Below are positions 40,960 through 50,007 of a DNA stretch of 64,000 nucleotides, in pieces. The position numbers and the translations under genes were made by a program. Below the pieces are notes generated by a model, which saw nothing but the letters and a program-made list of their open reading frames with translations, had not been told where the DNA came from and searched no databases. The DNA lies in NCBI GenBank assembly GCA_038234025.1, contig JBBSUW010000001.1:7126-71125 (forward strand). The letters run 5' to 3'. Within the stretch, counting starts at the first letter, position 1. Every line of letters begins with the position of its first letter. Source of the stretch: Flavobacteriales bacterium (GTDB lineage: Bacteria; Bacteroidota; Bacteroidia; Flavobacteriales; Flavobacteriaceae).

Positions 40960-42153
40960 TTAGAAGCCAACTGCCCAACCAGTAGCCCAAGCTGGTACGT
41001 TGGCGCCGTTTCCAGCTCCGGTATTGATGCCTTCAGCTGCCACTAAACTTACGTCCGCAGAGACTCCGCCAGTTGTTTTTCCCTTGGTCTTTGTGGTAAC
41101 GTCAACAAACTGTACTGGGCCAACAACCAACGAACTGCCAACGCCGCTAATTGTTTCGTCATGTTCTACGTCAATTCCGGTTTTCCAGCCGCTAACATAT
41201 GCATTTGTAACACTGGATCTAGTACCGCGACGGAATTTGAACGCTTGGTTTTCGGTATAGATGGTCGAATCGGCGCCGCTGCCAGGCCCAACCAATGTGA
41301 TGTTGGTTATTGTTGGGTTTGAAATTGGAGTGTTCATGAATCCAAGCTCATAGTTGTCAGCTTCGATACCGCGGTTTCCTTTGTTAAAATCCAACTTTCC
41401 GTACCAGTTCGTATTCGTTCCGCTCCATCCTTCCGTCCAGTCAAATTGGTCATCCTCATTACCTATTGAGATGAGGTTAGAAGTATTGACAGTTCCTCCA
41501 AAAAACTCAAAACCGTCATCGGCACCAGCGTAAGCTTCAACATTGCTGAAGACCGTACCCGAACCAACGCCAAAAAGTGAAACACCGTTAAACTCCTTTT
41601 CGCTGTTGAATGCCGCTCCTGCATATTCAATTCTTAGGTATGTGATCGAGCCCGAATTGTCGTTTGCAACCGAACCGCCATAAGAAAGATCGGCAACTTC
41701 GGACTGCGCGCTTGAAGTTCCCCCGGTTACACGGTTTATAGGTGCACGGCCGCATATCACTAGGCCGCCCCAATCACCGGGTGCTTTTACTGCAAGTCCG
41801 CTCGTCATTACAACAGGATTGGCCGCTGTACCGTTAACGTTCAATTTTCCGCCCTGTGCCACAGCAATATATGAAGCGGTCTCACCGACACCTTCTATTA
41901 CTGTTCCCGCTGGGATCGTAAGAGTTGCGCCATCGTTGATCTGGATCTTGCCCGTCAATCTGTAAACTGTTCCGGCATCAAGTGTGACAATACCGTCATT
42001 GATAATGCCCTGAAAGTTTGCTGGATTTGCCACGAATGAAGATGTTGGCAATATTACGACTGGAGGGTTTACCGGATCGTCACTGCCACAGCTTGTAAGT
42101 GAACCGGCGGCGATGGCCAACAACATAAATGCTTTTGTGATTCTTGTTTTCAT
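40960..42153 (-). CDS. Surface lipoprotein with right-handed beta-helix, partner of the TonB-dependent receptor
   Basis: Lipobox LTSC followed by GSDD; GTA.NPVVMTS, GDWGGL, DNSG.I.Y.RIEYAG, DDGFEFFGGTV and DDQFDW.EGW.G repeats. Confidence 0.85.
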   Translation of the reverse strand: MKTRITKAFMLLAIAAGSLTSCGSDDPVNPPVVILPTSSFVANPANFQGIINDGIVTLDAGTVYRLTGKIQINDGATLTIPAGTVIEGVGETASYIAVAQGGKLNVNGTAANPVVMTSGLAVKAPGDWGGLVICGRAPINRVTGGTSSAQSEVADLSYGGSVANDNSGSITYLRIEYAGAAFNSEKEFNGVSLFGVGSGTVFSNVEAYAGADDGFEFFGGTVNTSNLISIGNEDDQFDWTEGWSGTNTNWYGKLDFNKGNRGIEADNYELGFMNTPISNPTITNITLVGPGSGADSTIYTENQAFKFRRGTRSSVTNAYVSGWKTGIDVEHDETISGVGSSLVVGPVQFVDVTTKTKGKTTGGVSADVSLVAAEGINTGAGNGANVPAWATGWAVGF

Positions 42154-42213
42154 CAGTTGAATTTTTTTGATTTTTGATTTGATGCAAAGATCGTTTTGCG
42201 ATCCCGATGTTGT

Positions 42214-42273
42214 GTTAAGACAACGTGATTGTATCTTTATGAAAAGCCCAAGTAAAGATTACCTAAAGGTTAA
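42214..42273. promoter_or_regulatory. Phased 11-bp direct-repeat array (Pho-box-like) upstream of the lipoprotein gene
   Basis: GTTAA 42214, GTGAT 42225, TTTAT 42236, ATTAC 42258 and GTTAA 42269, all on an 11-bp register (42247 CCCAA is a non-match). Same phase relative to TGCAAAG (42183) as the array at 45251-45310. Confidence 0.5.
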
Positions 42274-42428
42274 TCGCGGACCGATTTCGAAACAGTCACG
42301 CTAAACAAAAGGCAGCCGTTTTTGACACCCTTTCTTAAAAAGACAGAGATAAAAGTGATAGGCGAACAATCTAATTTCTAGACAACATGCCTGAAAACAT
42401 TTGAGATTCCAACTTCAGGCCTTTAGAC

Positions 42429-45209
42429 TTAAAAAGTGTAGTTGATCCCAAAACTGAAGTACAAACCTTTTTTATAGGAAAGGACGCTTACGTCGCCGCC
42501 GGTATTTTCCTGAACTCGATTATATGTGGGATCCAATAGATTCTTGAAAGAGAAATCGATTCCGAGCTGCTCGTTTACCTTTGATTTTAAGATGAGGTCC
42601 AACGTGCCCACTGCCTTATCAACAAGATCGCCACGCTGTCCGGTCCCAATCGAGTAAACACGGTCGGAAAAAAAGGAATAGGCGATCGTGGCCGAGGCAT
42701 TGCTTTTTTTAGCGTTCCAATCTTTGCTGTACGAAAGATCGGCGTTTATCAGCAGTGGGCTTGCGCCGGTGAATTTCCCGGTCTTGTTGGAGAAATCCGC
42801 TTGATATCCGAGCGTAGTGTTCTCTCGTTTTACCTTTTCGCTGTCGAGTTTTTGTTCCGTGTAAGTATAAGCAGCGTTGAAACCTGCCGAGAGCCTGTTG
42901 CCATTATCGCCCGTATTTTCAAAAATCAATTTCTTGAACTCAACTTCTGCGCCCGCGGCAAATCCGGTATCTCCCGTGTTGACATAAGATATATCGTTTG
43001 TTGACGATGCGATTGTTACTTCGTTGATGGGGTTTTCGAGATATTTTCCAAATGCCGTCAGCGATATCAACTCTTCGCTATTGGGAAACATTTCCCATTT
43101 GAGGTCAACATTATAATTGTCCGATGGATAAAGATCTGGGTTTCCGATGTGAACCTCGGTGATGTCCTCATAAACAAAAAGTGCCCGCTCTTTAAATTGC
43201 GGCAAGGTATAGGTTTTGCTTACGCCCAGTCTCAGGTTCTGTCTGTCGGTCAGCGAGTATTTGAGTATAAGGTTTGGCAAATAGGCGTTCTTGCTAAGCG
43301 TGTTGATGTTGTCGCCATTATTGTCAGGATCAAGCTGCGTGTCCCACTTCACGACCTGAGTGATTTTTTCGCCACGAAAACCTAGCGATCCTGTCAATTT
43401 GCGATAAGTGTACTGAAGATTTACAAAAGCTGCGTGGATCGTGATGTCGCCATTGTATGTTTGTGGATCGAGCGCATTGGCCAGTTGCGGACCGCCCCGG
43501 AAGGTTTTGATCGTGAAGGCTCCGTTGGCAAAACTTTCTTGGTTGTAATATTCGTCAAGGTTGTCGGGGTTAACGGCAATATTCGACCCTTTAAAATTGA
43601 ATTGTATCGCCTCAAAATCTCGCTGCTTGAACTTTCCATTGTAACCAACGGTCACTTTTCCATTAAATCCGCCTTCTTCCTTTTTGGCAAATTTATAGTC
43701 CAAGGCTGCATTTCCGCCCTGTTCATCTTCGGTAAGATTTTGGAAATAACGGTTGTTGTTCGGTGCCGATTGTGCATTGATCGTAAAATTGCCGTTATTG
43801 GTATTGAAACGGTTTGTTGTTCTGTCTGGCATGTCTCCCTTTACGGTGTTGAACGCCGCGCCCCAATTGAATGCGATACGTTCGGAAAAATTGTGCTCGC
43901 CGAGCAATTGGTTCACGAACAATGAGTTCTTTATATAAGTAGAACGTCTCTCAAGACCTTGTCCATCATCGGCTAGATCCACGATCCGTCCAAAATATTC
44001 CTCTGTGCTTTGAGCCGATGTGTTGATGAACAAGCCGTTGTAGTTGATTTTGTGCGCATCGTTTATTCGATAGCCAATATTGCCCATCGCAGTGGAATTC
44101 GTTCCATAATTATATGATGTGTATTTTCTGAACTTTCGACCATACAAGCCATCTTCGTTGCCAGCGCCCGTTGCCGTTGGGTTCACGCCCGAAGCTGCTG
44201 TACCGCTGTTCTTGCTCCAATATTGGCTCGAGAATGACGCTGTGGCAAAAAGGCTCAGTTTTCCGTTTGCGCCCACATTAAAGGAATCTCCGGCGGAGAG
44301 CCCAACATTTCCCGCAAATGGGACTTGTTTTTCAAATTGAAGTGTTTCGAAATGATATGAATTCAACGGGTCGTTGGGAATATCTGTGGTGCTGAAACCA
44401 AAATGCGTTTGTCCTTTCTGCAACCTGAAATCCTCGTCGCCGAACGCGTTTGAATTGGCATTTGCGCCGATATTGAGTTTGGCAAAACCTTTTCCACTGT
44501 AATCTTTAGATACTATATCGACATTCCCACCCGCAAAATCGCCGTAAAGCCGGCTGCTGTAAACCTTGTCTATCGAAACAAATTCGACTATATCGGTCGA
44601 GAAAACATCGAGGTTTATGTTCTTCTTTTCGGGATCGTTCGAAGGGATTGAAAGTCCGTTCAATGTCGTGGCGTTGTACCTGTCGCCCATTCCGCGGACG
44701 TAGATGTTGCCGCTGCCTTCCTGTTTTGCGATGCCCGTGGTTTTTGAGACCGCGGTAGCAACATCGCCAACGCCCTTTCGGGATAGTTCCTGCGCGCCGA
44801 TGCTCTGTTTGATCTCGACCGCGTTCTTCTGGTCGAGCAACAGTGCGGTTTCTTTCTCCCGGCTCCTGGTCACGTTTTGAATCTGAACATCCTTCAAAGT
44901 ATAAGCACCAGAACCAAGCGCCTTGTTGAGCGTTATGGATTGTCCCGCGATCACCGTTACCGGAACGTCAACTTCTTCATAACCAAGAAAACTGAATGAA
45001 ATTATATAGTCTCCAGCATTGAGCGAAAGATTGTATTTTCCGTTCTCGTCGGTGGCAATGCCCAACGTTGAGCCCTTTACGCCAACATTTGCGAACGGCA
45101 GCGTTTCATTGTTGAGTTCTTTATCGGTAACGACGCCCGTAACCGTGCCTTTTTGTGCAAAAATCGCGGTTGAAAATACGAGAACAAGTATTAAATATGA
45201 AAACTTCAT
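42429..45209 (-). CDS. TonB-dependent receptor with N-terminal carboxypeptidase-regulatory-like domain
   Basis: Likely start MKFSYLIL (ATG 45209); plug IYVRGMGDRYN...NG; GNPDL; C-terminal FSFKNLLD...GINYTF. Confidence 0.93.
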   Translation of the reverse strand: MKFSYLILVLVFSTAIFAQKGTVTGVVTDKELNNETLPFANVGVKGSTLGIATDENGKYNLSLNAGDYIISFSFLGYEEVDVPVTVIAGQSITLNKALGSGAYTLKDVQIQNVTRSREKETALLLDQKNAVEIKQSIGAQELSRKGVGDVATAVSKTTGIAKQEGSGNIYVRGMGDRYNATTLNGLSIPSNDPEKKNINLDVFSTDIVEFVSIDKVYSSRLYGDFAGGNVDIVSKDYSGKGFAKLNIGANANSNAFGDEDFRLQKGQTHFGFSTTDIPNDPLNSYHFETLQFEKQVPFAGNVGLSAGDSFNVGANGKLSLFATASFSSQYWSKNSGTAASGVNPTATGAGNEDGLYGRKFRKYTSYNYGTNSTAMGNIGYRINDAHKINYNGLFINTSAQSTEEYFGRIVDLADDGQGLERRSTYIKNSLFVNQLLGEHNFSERIAFNWGAAFNTVKGDMPDRTTNRFNTNNGNFTINAQSAPNNNRYFQNLTEDEQGGNAALDYKFAKKEEGGFNGKVTVGYNGKFKQRDFEAIQFNFKGSNIAVNPDNLDEYYNQESFANGAFTIKTFRGGPQLANALDPQTYNGDITIHAAFVNLQYTYRKLTGSLGFRGEKITQVVKWDTQLDPDNNGDNINTLSKNAYLPNLILKYSLTDRQNLRLGVSKTYTLPQFKERALFVYEDITEVHIGNPDLYPSDNYNVDLKWEMFPNSEELISLTAFGKYLENPINEVTIASSTNDISYVNTGDTGFAAGAEVEFKKLIFENTGDNGNRLSAGFNAAYTYTEQKLDSEKVKRENTTLGYQADFSNKTGKFTGASPLLINADLSYSKDWNAKKSNASATIAYSFFSDRVYSIGTGQRGDLVDKAVGTLDLILKSKVNEQLGIDFSFKNLLDPTYNRVQENTGGDVSVLSYKKGLYFSFGINYTF

Positions 45210-45250
45210 TAGTTGATGCTTGGATTTTGGTGCAAAGGAACGAGCGCGTT

Positions 45251-45310
45251 GTAAAGTTCGCGTTACTGCCGCATTACCTTTGTGTTTCACTAAGATTACC
45301 GAATCGTTAA
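45251..45310. promoter_or_regulatory. Six-unit 11-bp-period direct-repeat array (Pho-box-like)
   Basis: GTAAA 45251, GTTAC 45262, ATTAC 45273, GTTTC 45284, ATTAC 45295 and GTTAA 45306, between the divergent receptor and regulator genes. Confidence 0.65.
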
Positions 45311-45393
45311 GAGATTAAATTACTGTAAAAAGCAAATCGCGGGAATTTTTTATATTTACATTTACACGTCCAAAAACCTTGCAGCGACATTTT

Positions 45394-46080
45394 ATGAAGA
45401 AAAAAGACATCAAGATTCTATTGGTCGATGACGAACCCGACATTCTCGAGATTGTCGGCTACAACCTTTCACAGGAAGGTTATCAGGTAATGACCGCTAC
45501 AAATGGGCGCGACGCTGTTGCCAAAGCCAAAAAAGAATTTCCGCACCTTATCATAATGGATGTCATGATGCCCGAGATGGACGGAATGGAAGCCACCGAG
45601 GCCATAAGAAAACTGCCCGAGCTCCAGAATGTGATCATCACTTTTCTCACCGCCCGAAGCGAGGATTATTCGCAATTGGCAGGTTTTGACGCCGGAGCCG
45701 ACGATTATATCACAAAGCCGATAAAACCAAAAGTCCTCGTTAGCAAGATCAAGGCATTGCTAAGAAGATTGAAGGATGATGATGCCAAACGCTCTGATAC
45801 ATTGAATGTTGGCGGAATCGAAATAAACCGCGAAGAATACAAGATCGTGAAGGATGACAAGGAAATCGTGCTTCCGCGAAAGGAATTCGAGCTTTTTTAC
45901 CTTTTGGCTTCCAAGCCCGGAAAAGTTTTCAAGCGCGAGGAAATCTTGGACAAGGTTTGGGGCAACGAAGTGGTCGTGGGTGGACGAACAATCGACGTTC
46001 ACATCAGAAAGCTGCGCGAAAAAATTGGCGACGACTACTTTAAAACCATAAAGGGCGTCGGCTACAAATTTGAGGTCTAA
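45394..46080 (+). CDS. OmpR-family response regulator (PhoB/PhoP-like)
   Basis: ILLVDDEPD, DVMMPEMDG, GADDYITKP and RTIDVHIRKLREK...IKTIKGVGY-type C-terminus. Confidence 0.92.
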   Translation: MKKKDIKILLVDDEPDILEIVGYNLSQEGYQVMTATNGRDAVAKAKKEFPHLIIMDVMMPEMDGMEATEAIRKLPELQNVIITFLTARSEDYSQLAGFDAGADDYITKPIKPKVLVSKIKALLRRLKDDDAKRSDTLNVGGIEINREEYKIVKDDKEIVLPRKEFELFYLLASKPGKVFKREEILDKVWGNEVVVGGRTIDVHIRKLREKIGDDYFKTIKGVGYKFEV

Positions 46081-47123
46081 TGGCCGTCAATTTCAAAAGG
46101 ACATACAAGTTTGCTGCCAAATCCGCGCTTTCGATCACTCTGTTTTCATCCGGGCTTGTTGCGCTACTGCTTTATTTGTTTTTTGAGATTTCATACACTT
46201 TCCTTCTGTACTTTGCCCTGGGCATCGGTGCTTTTTCCTTTTTCTTTTTGCAATATCGCGTCGAGCATTTTATTTATCGAAGGGTAAAAAAAATCTACGA
46301 CGATGTATCGCTGCTCGAATCCTCAACATTTCGAAACCAACCGATCACGACAGATATGGCAACGCTGACGAGGGAAGTCAAGAAATTCGCCACCGACAAG
46401 AAGCTCGAGATCGAGATGCTGAAAGTTAGGGAAGAATACCGCCGCGAATTTTTGGGGAATGTATCGCATGAGCTCAAAACGCCACTGTTCACCGTGCAAG
46501 GTTATCTATCGACATTATTGGAAGGTGCGATGAAAGACAAATTGCTGCGCAAAAAATATCTCGAACGTGCCGAAAAGGGCGTTGAGCGATTGATATTCAT
46601 CGTCCAAGATCTTGATATGATCACCAAGCTCGAGGTCGGCGATCTCAACCTTGAGATTGCTCCGTTCGATATCTTGAAATTGGTGCAAAATGTATTCGAT
46701 CTTTTGGAGATGGAAGCGTCCAAAAAGGACATTATTTTGTTGTTCGATATGAAATACAACAGCGCGATAAAGGTTATTGCCGATCGCGAAAAAGTAGAGC
46801 GGGTGCTGATCAACCTTGTCGTAAATTCGATAAAATACGGCCGTGAAAAAGGTTCGACAGAAATTTCAATCGAAAGCTTGACAAAGAACAAGATAATCGT
46901 GCGTGTTCACGACGACGGCGAAGGGATAGAAAAACATCACATTCCCAGATTGTTCGAAAGATTCTATCGGGTCGACAAAAGTGGTTCGCGAAATGCGGGC
47001 GGTTCTGGCCTTGGTCTTGCGATAGTCAAACATATTATAGAAGCCCATGACGAAAAAATATTCGTAAAAAGCGAATTTGGCAAGGGCTCCGAATTTTCAT
47101 TCACCCTCGAAAAGGCAGAATAA
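46080..47123 (+). CDS. Sensor histidine kinase (PhoR-like, no periplasmic domain)
   Basis: Two adjacent TMs; EFLGNVSHELKTPL and RLFERFYRVDKSGSR..GGSGLGLAIVKHI; TAATG coupling to the regulator. Confidence 0.92.
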   Translation: MAVNFKRTYKFAAKSALSITLFSSGLVALLLYLFFEISYTFLLYFALGIGAFSFFFLQYRVEHFIYRRVKKIYDDVSLLESSTFRNQPITTDMATLTREVKKFATDKKLEIEMLKVREEYRREFLGNVSHELKTPLFTVQGYLSTLLEGAMKDKLLRKKYLERAEKGVERLIFIVQDLDMITKLEVGDLNLEIAPFDILKLVQNVFDLLEMEASKKDIILLFDMKYNSAIKVIADREKVERVLINLVVNSIKYGREKGSTEISIESLTKNKIIVRVHDDGEGIEKHHIPRLFERFYRVDKSGSRNAGGSGLGLAIVKHIIEAHDEKIFVKSEFGKGSEFSFTLEKAE

Positions 47124-48158
47124 CTGTTTCCAATGGATGTCTTCTATTACATTGGGCAAACCTTTATAAAGGTCGATTTCCAAAAGATTTGACACCCGAA
47201 AATCATCCTGTTTCACATAGGGCAAAATACCTTCCTTCTTTAATTTTTTCGCCAAATATTCTTGTTCATATTGACCCGGCGTTGGAATCAACAGCGCTTT
47301 TTTGCCGAGTTTCGCAAGATCCATGATCGTGGTGTAACCTGATCGGCAAAGAACAATCTTTGTTTCATTGAAAGCTTTTTCAAGTTCCCGGCTCGTCAAA
47401 AAATTGCAGAACGTGATGTTTTTGTTTTCGCTAAAGCGCTGCTCATTTTCAACAATGCCTTGAACGATCAAAACCTTCCCATCAAATTTTAAAAGTTCGG
47501 TCGAAAGTTTTTCTTCCAATTGCGTTCGCTGTGGCTCGGGACCAGAAAGCACAACTAGAAGATCGGATTTTTGCGCTGCGGGACTTTTTTCAAAACGGCT
47601 CAAAGGCCCGATATATCGAATGTGCGAATCATGATTTTTAAGATGTCCAAGTTTTCCGGTAAGGTTTGGTTTTTCGGCAAAATCCGGCACCCAACATTCG
47701 GTATATTTGCGAATGATGCGCTGGTGCAGTTTGCTCGATATCCAGGTCGTGCTTCCAGAAAGCACGTTGAGTTGGTGCGTGATGAAGACCGACGGCACTT
47801 TTTTGGAAATCACACCAAGACGGTTGTCCGAAATAATGCCGATGAGGTCGTGTTGCTTCACCCACTTTTTGGCCAGTTTTTTCTCATTTAAAATAGCCTC
47901 GTACATATTCGGCATGTTCTTGATCATCTTCCATTTAAATTCCGCGCCATCCTTTGGATATTCTATTTTGTATGATGGAAGCTCGAGCGATTTAATATCT
48001 GGAAATTCCTTTTTCAACAATTCGAGCGCGATGCCGTCAGATGCAATTATTGGTGTAAAACCATTCGTGATCAATTGATTTATTATTGGAATACAGCGCG
48101 TTGCGTGGCCAAGTCCCCAATTGAGCGGGGCGACGAGAATGTTTTTTTCGTTTTGCAA
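47097..48158 (-). CDS. GT-B fold glycosyltransferase (GT28-like C-terminus)
   Basis: PLNWGLGHATR, SGPEPQR, CRSGYTTIMDL and IPTPGQYEQ. Confidence 0.88.
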   Translation of the reverse strand: MQNEKNILVAPLNWGLGHATRCIPIINQLITNGFTPIIASDGIALELLKKEFPDIKSLELPSYKIEYPKDGAEFKWKMIKNMPNMYEAILNEKKLAKKWVKQHDLIGIISDNRLGVISKKVPSVFITHQLNVLSGSTTWISSKLHQRIIRKYTECWVPDFAEKPNLTGKLGHLKNHDSHIRYIGPLSRFEKSPAAQKSDLLVVLSGPEPQRTQLEEKLSTELLKFDGKVLIVQGIVENEQRFSENKNITFCNFLTSRELEKAFNETKIVLCRSGYTTIMDLAKLGKKALLIPTPGQYEQEYLAKKLKKEGILPYVKQDDFRVSNLLEIDLYKGLPNVIEDIHWKQLFCLFEGE

Positions 48159-48238
48159 AATAATTTGGAAATTGATGTAAAGATAAAAACAAAAGTGCCT
48201 CGCGATATTTCCTTAATTTTGCCAAAACATCAATTTTA

Positions 48239-48907
48239 GTGGGAAGCAAGAACAAACTGCGCAGGTTTAAAGAAAATGAAACATTCAAAAATGTGCATCA
48301 ACCTTTGAGAGAAGAAATAATCGAGGGCAATTTTGAGTACAAGGGGAAATGGGCGGAATATTTTGGAAATAAAAACCCAATCGTGCTCGAGCTCGGTTGT
48401 GGCAAGGGCGAATATTCGGTGGCGTTGGCGAAGCGCGATGCATCGAAAAACTATATTGGAATAGATCTGAAAGGCGCGAGATTTTGGCGTGGTGCAAAAA
48501 CCGCAGTTGAAGAAAATATTGAAAATGTTGCATTTATCCGAGCACAAATAGAATTGATCGACGGACTTTTTGCCATGGGCGAAGTTGAGGAAATATGGAT
48601 CACATTTCCCGATCCACAGATTAAATTCAAGCGCACAAAACACAGATTGACGAATCCTGAATTTTTGGACCTTTACAAAAAGATTTTAAAACCAAAAGGC
48701 GTTGTTCATTTAAAAACCGACAGCGAATTTCTGCACGGCTACACGCTCGGACTGTTGCAAGGGCAGGGAATCAACGTTGAATATGCCAACCATAATATTT
48801 ATAAAAACGAGGGCGCACCGCCAGAAGTTATGGAAATCCAAACGTTTTATGAGCAGCAATATCTTGAGGTAAATAAGGCGATAACTTATTTGAGGTTTCG
48901 GATATGA
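48239..48907 (+). CDS. trmB: tRNA (guanosine(46)-N7)-methyltransferase
   Basis: LELGCGKGEY, ITFPDPQ, HLKTD and T.YE motifs. Confidence 0.96.
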   Translation: MGSKNKLRRFKENETFKNVHQPLREEIIEGNFEYKGKWAEYFGNKNPIVLELGCGKGEYSVALAKRDASKNYIGIDLKGARFWRGAKTAVEENIENVAFIRAQIELIDGLFAMGEVEEIWITFPDPQIKFKRTKHRLTNPEFLDLYKKILKPKGVVHLKTDSEFLHGYTLGLLQGQGINVEYANHNIYKNEGAPPEVMEIQTFYEQQYLEVNKAITYLRFRI

Positions 48908-48973
48908 GAAAAGTACCGGAAATTTTTAAGCAAGGGATTCGGTAAATTTGTGATTAACGAAAAAATCCAATCA

Positions 48974-49228
48974 ATGATACTTACCATAGTAAAAGCAGAA
49001 CAGACCGGCGATCAAGAAATCACGATCAACTTCAACGATGGCACTTCCCAGACAGTCGATTTTACCGATTATCTCAAGAACGCAACACAGCCAAAAGTCC
49101 AAAAGTACCGCGACCCCGAATGGTTTGGGCATTTCACCGCTGAATTTGCAGAGTTGGTTTGGCCCAATGGAAATATGTCATTTGATGTTGCAGATCTGCA
49201 CAAGGGCGAACTTCCAACAGCAAAATAA
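48974..49228 (+). CDS. DUF2442-like small protein
   Basis: I..AE......I.I.FNDG....VDF...L...F.......L.WPNG...D...L pattern; start set at ATG 48974. Confidence 0.7.
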   Translation: MILTIVKAEQTGDQEITINFNDGTSQTVDFTDYLKNATQPKVQKYRDPEWFGHFTAEFAELVWPNGNMSFDVADLHKGELPTAK

Positions 49229-49557
49229 TGGTTGAGGAAAACTTCTTTGACAAGGTTTATAAGATCGCAAAGCAGATTCCATACGGCCGCGTTACCTCGT
49301 ACGGTGCAATTGCAAAAGTGCTTGGCAGCGCAAAATCATCGCGGGCGGTTGGCTATGCATTGAACGCCAGCCACGACAACCCCGAAATTCCCGCACACCG
49401 TGTCGTGAACCGCAATGGACTGCTGACAGGAAAATTTCATTTTGACGGTATAAATCTAATGCAACAACTGCTCGAAAGCGAAGGCGTGGAAGTAATCGAA
49501 AACAAGGTCGTTGATTTTAAAGAGAAATTCTGGCAACCTGAAGCCATAAATTTATAA
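49228..49557 (+). CDS. Alkyltransferase-like (ATL/MGMT family) DNA-binding protein
   Basis: IPYGRVTSYGAIA, RAVG.AL, PAHRVVN and QQLLESEG; the catalytic Cys of PCHR is replaced by Ala. Confidence 0.9.
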   Translation: MVEENFFDKVYKIAKQIPYGRVTSYGAIAKVLGSAKSSRAVGYALNASHDNPEIPAHRVVNRNGLLTGKFHFDGINLMQQLLESEGVEVIENKVVDFKEKFWQPEAINL

Positions 49558-49738
49558 ATGAAAGCGTGGCTCCACGCAAGATTTTGCCGACTATACACTT
49601 TCTGTTTGGTGCAGCTCGTTGTTCTATCCTATTATTTTTTTGTATCATTATCGCAGAAGGTTGTTTTTTGGATCGCTATATGTGTTTAAATTATATTTTA
49701 GCCGACAATAATGTTATATTGTATAGATAATCGGAGCT

Positions 49739-49939
49739 ATGAAAATTAAAAAAATCTTATTGATTTTTCTTTTGATTCTGACATCGAGTGCTTCGCTTGC
49801 GCAAAAAACAACTCTGGATTCCGTATGTGCGAAACCAGTTGCTTTGAAGAATCCAAACATTCGATTGTACGATGTTTCTGATAGGTGTTATCACGTTTAT
49901 GTAAAACCGCGTTTCTGGCAGAGCACAACACCAATATGA
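49739..49939 (+). pseudogene. Signal-peptide-bearing fragment, probably the 5' remnant of a larger secreted/PAP2-type gene
   Basis: Clear signal peptide MKIKKILLIFLLILTSSASLAQ and a YVKPRFW segment, then a stop after only 66 aa. Confidence 0.35.
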
Positions 49940-50007
49940 TTGGCGGAAATATTTCGTTCTTAAACCAACGATTGTTTATAAATAATGAGTCAAACATGTA
50001 TTAAAAT

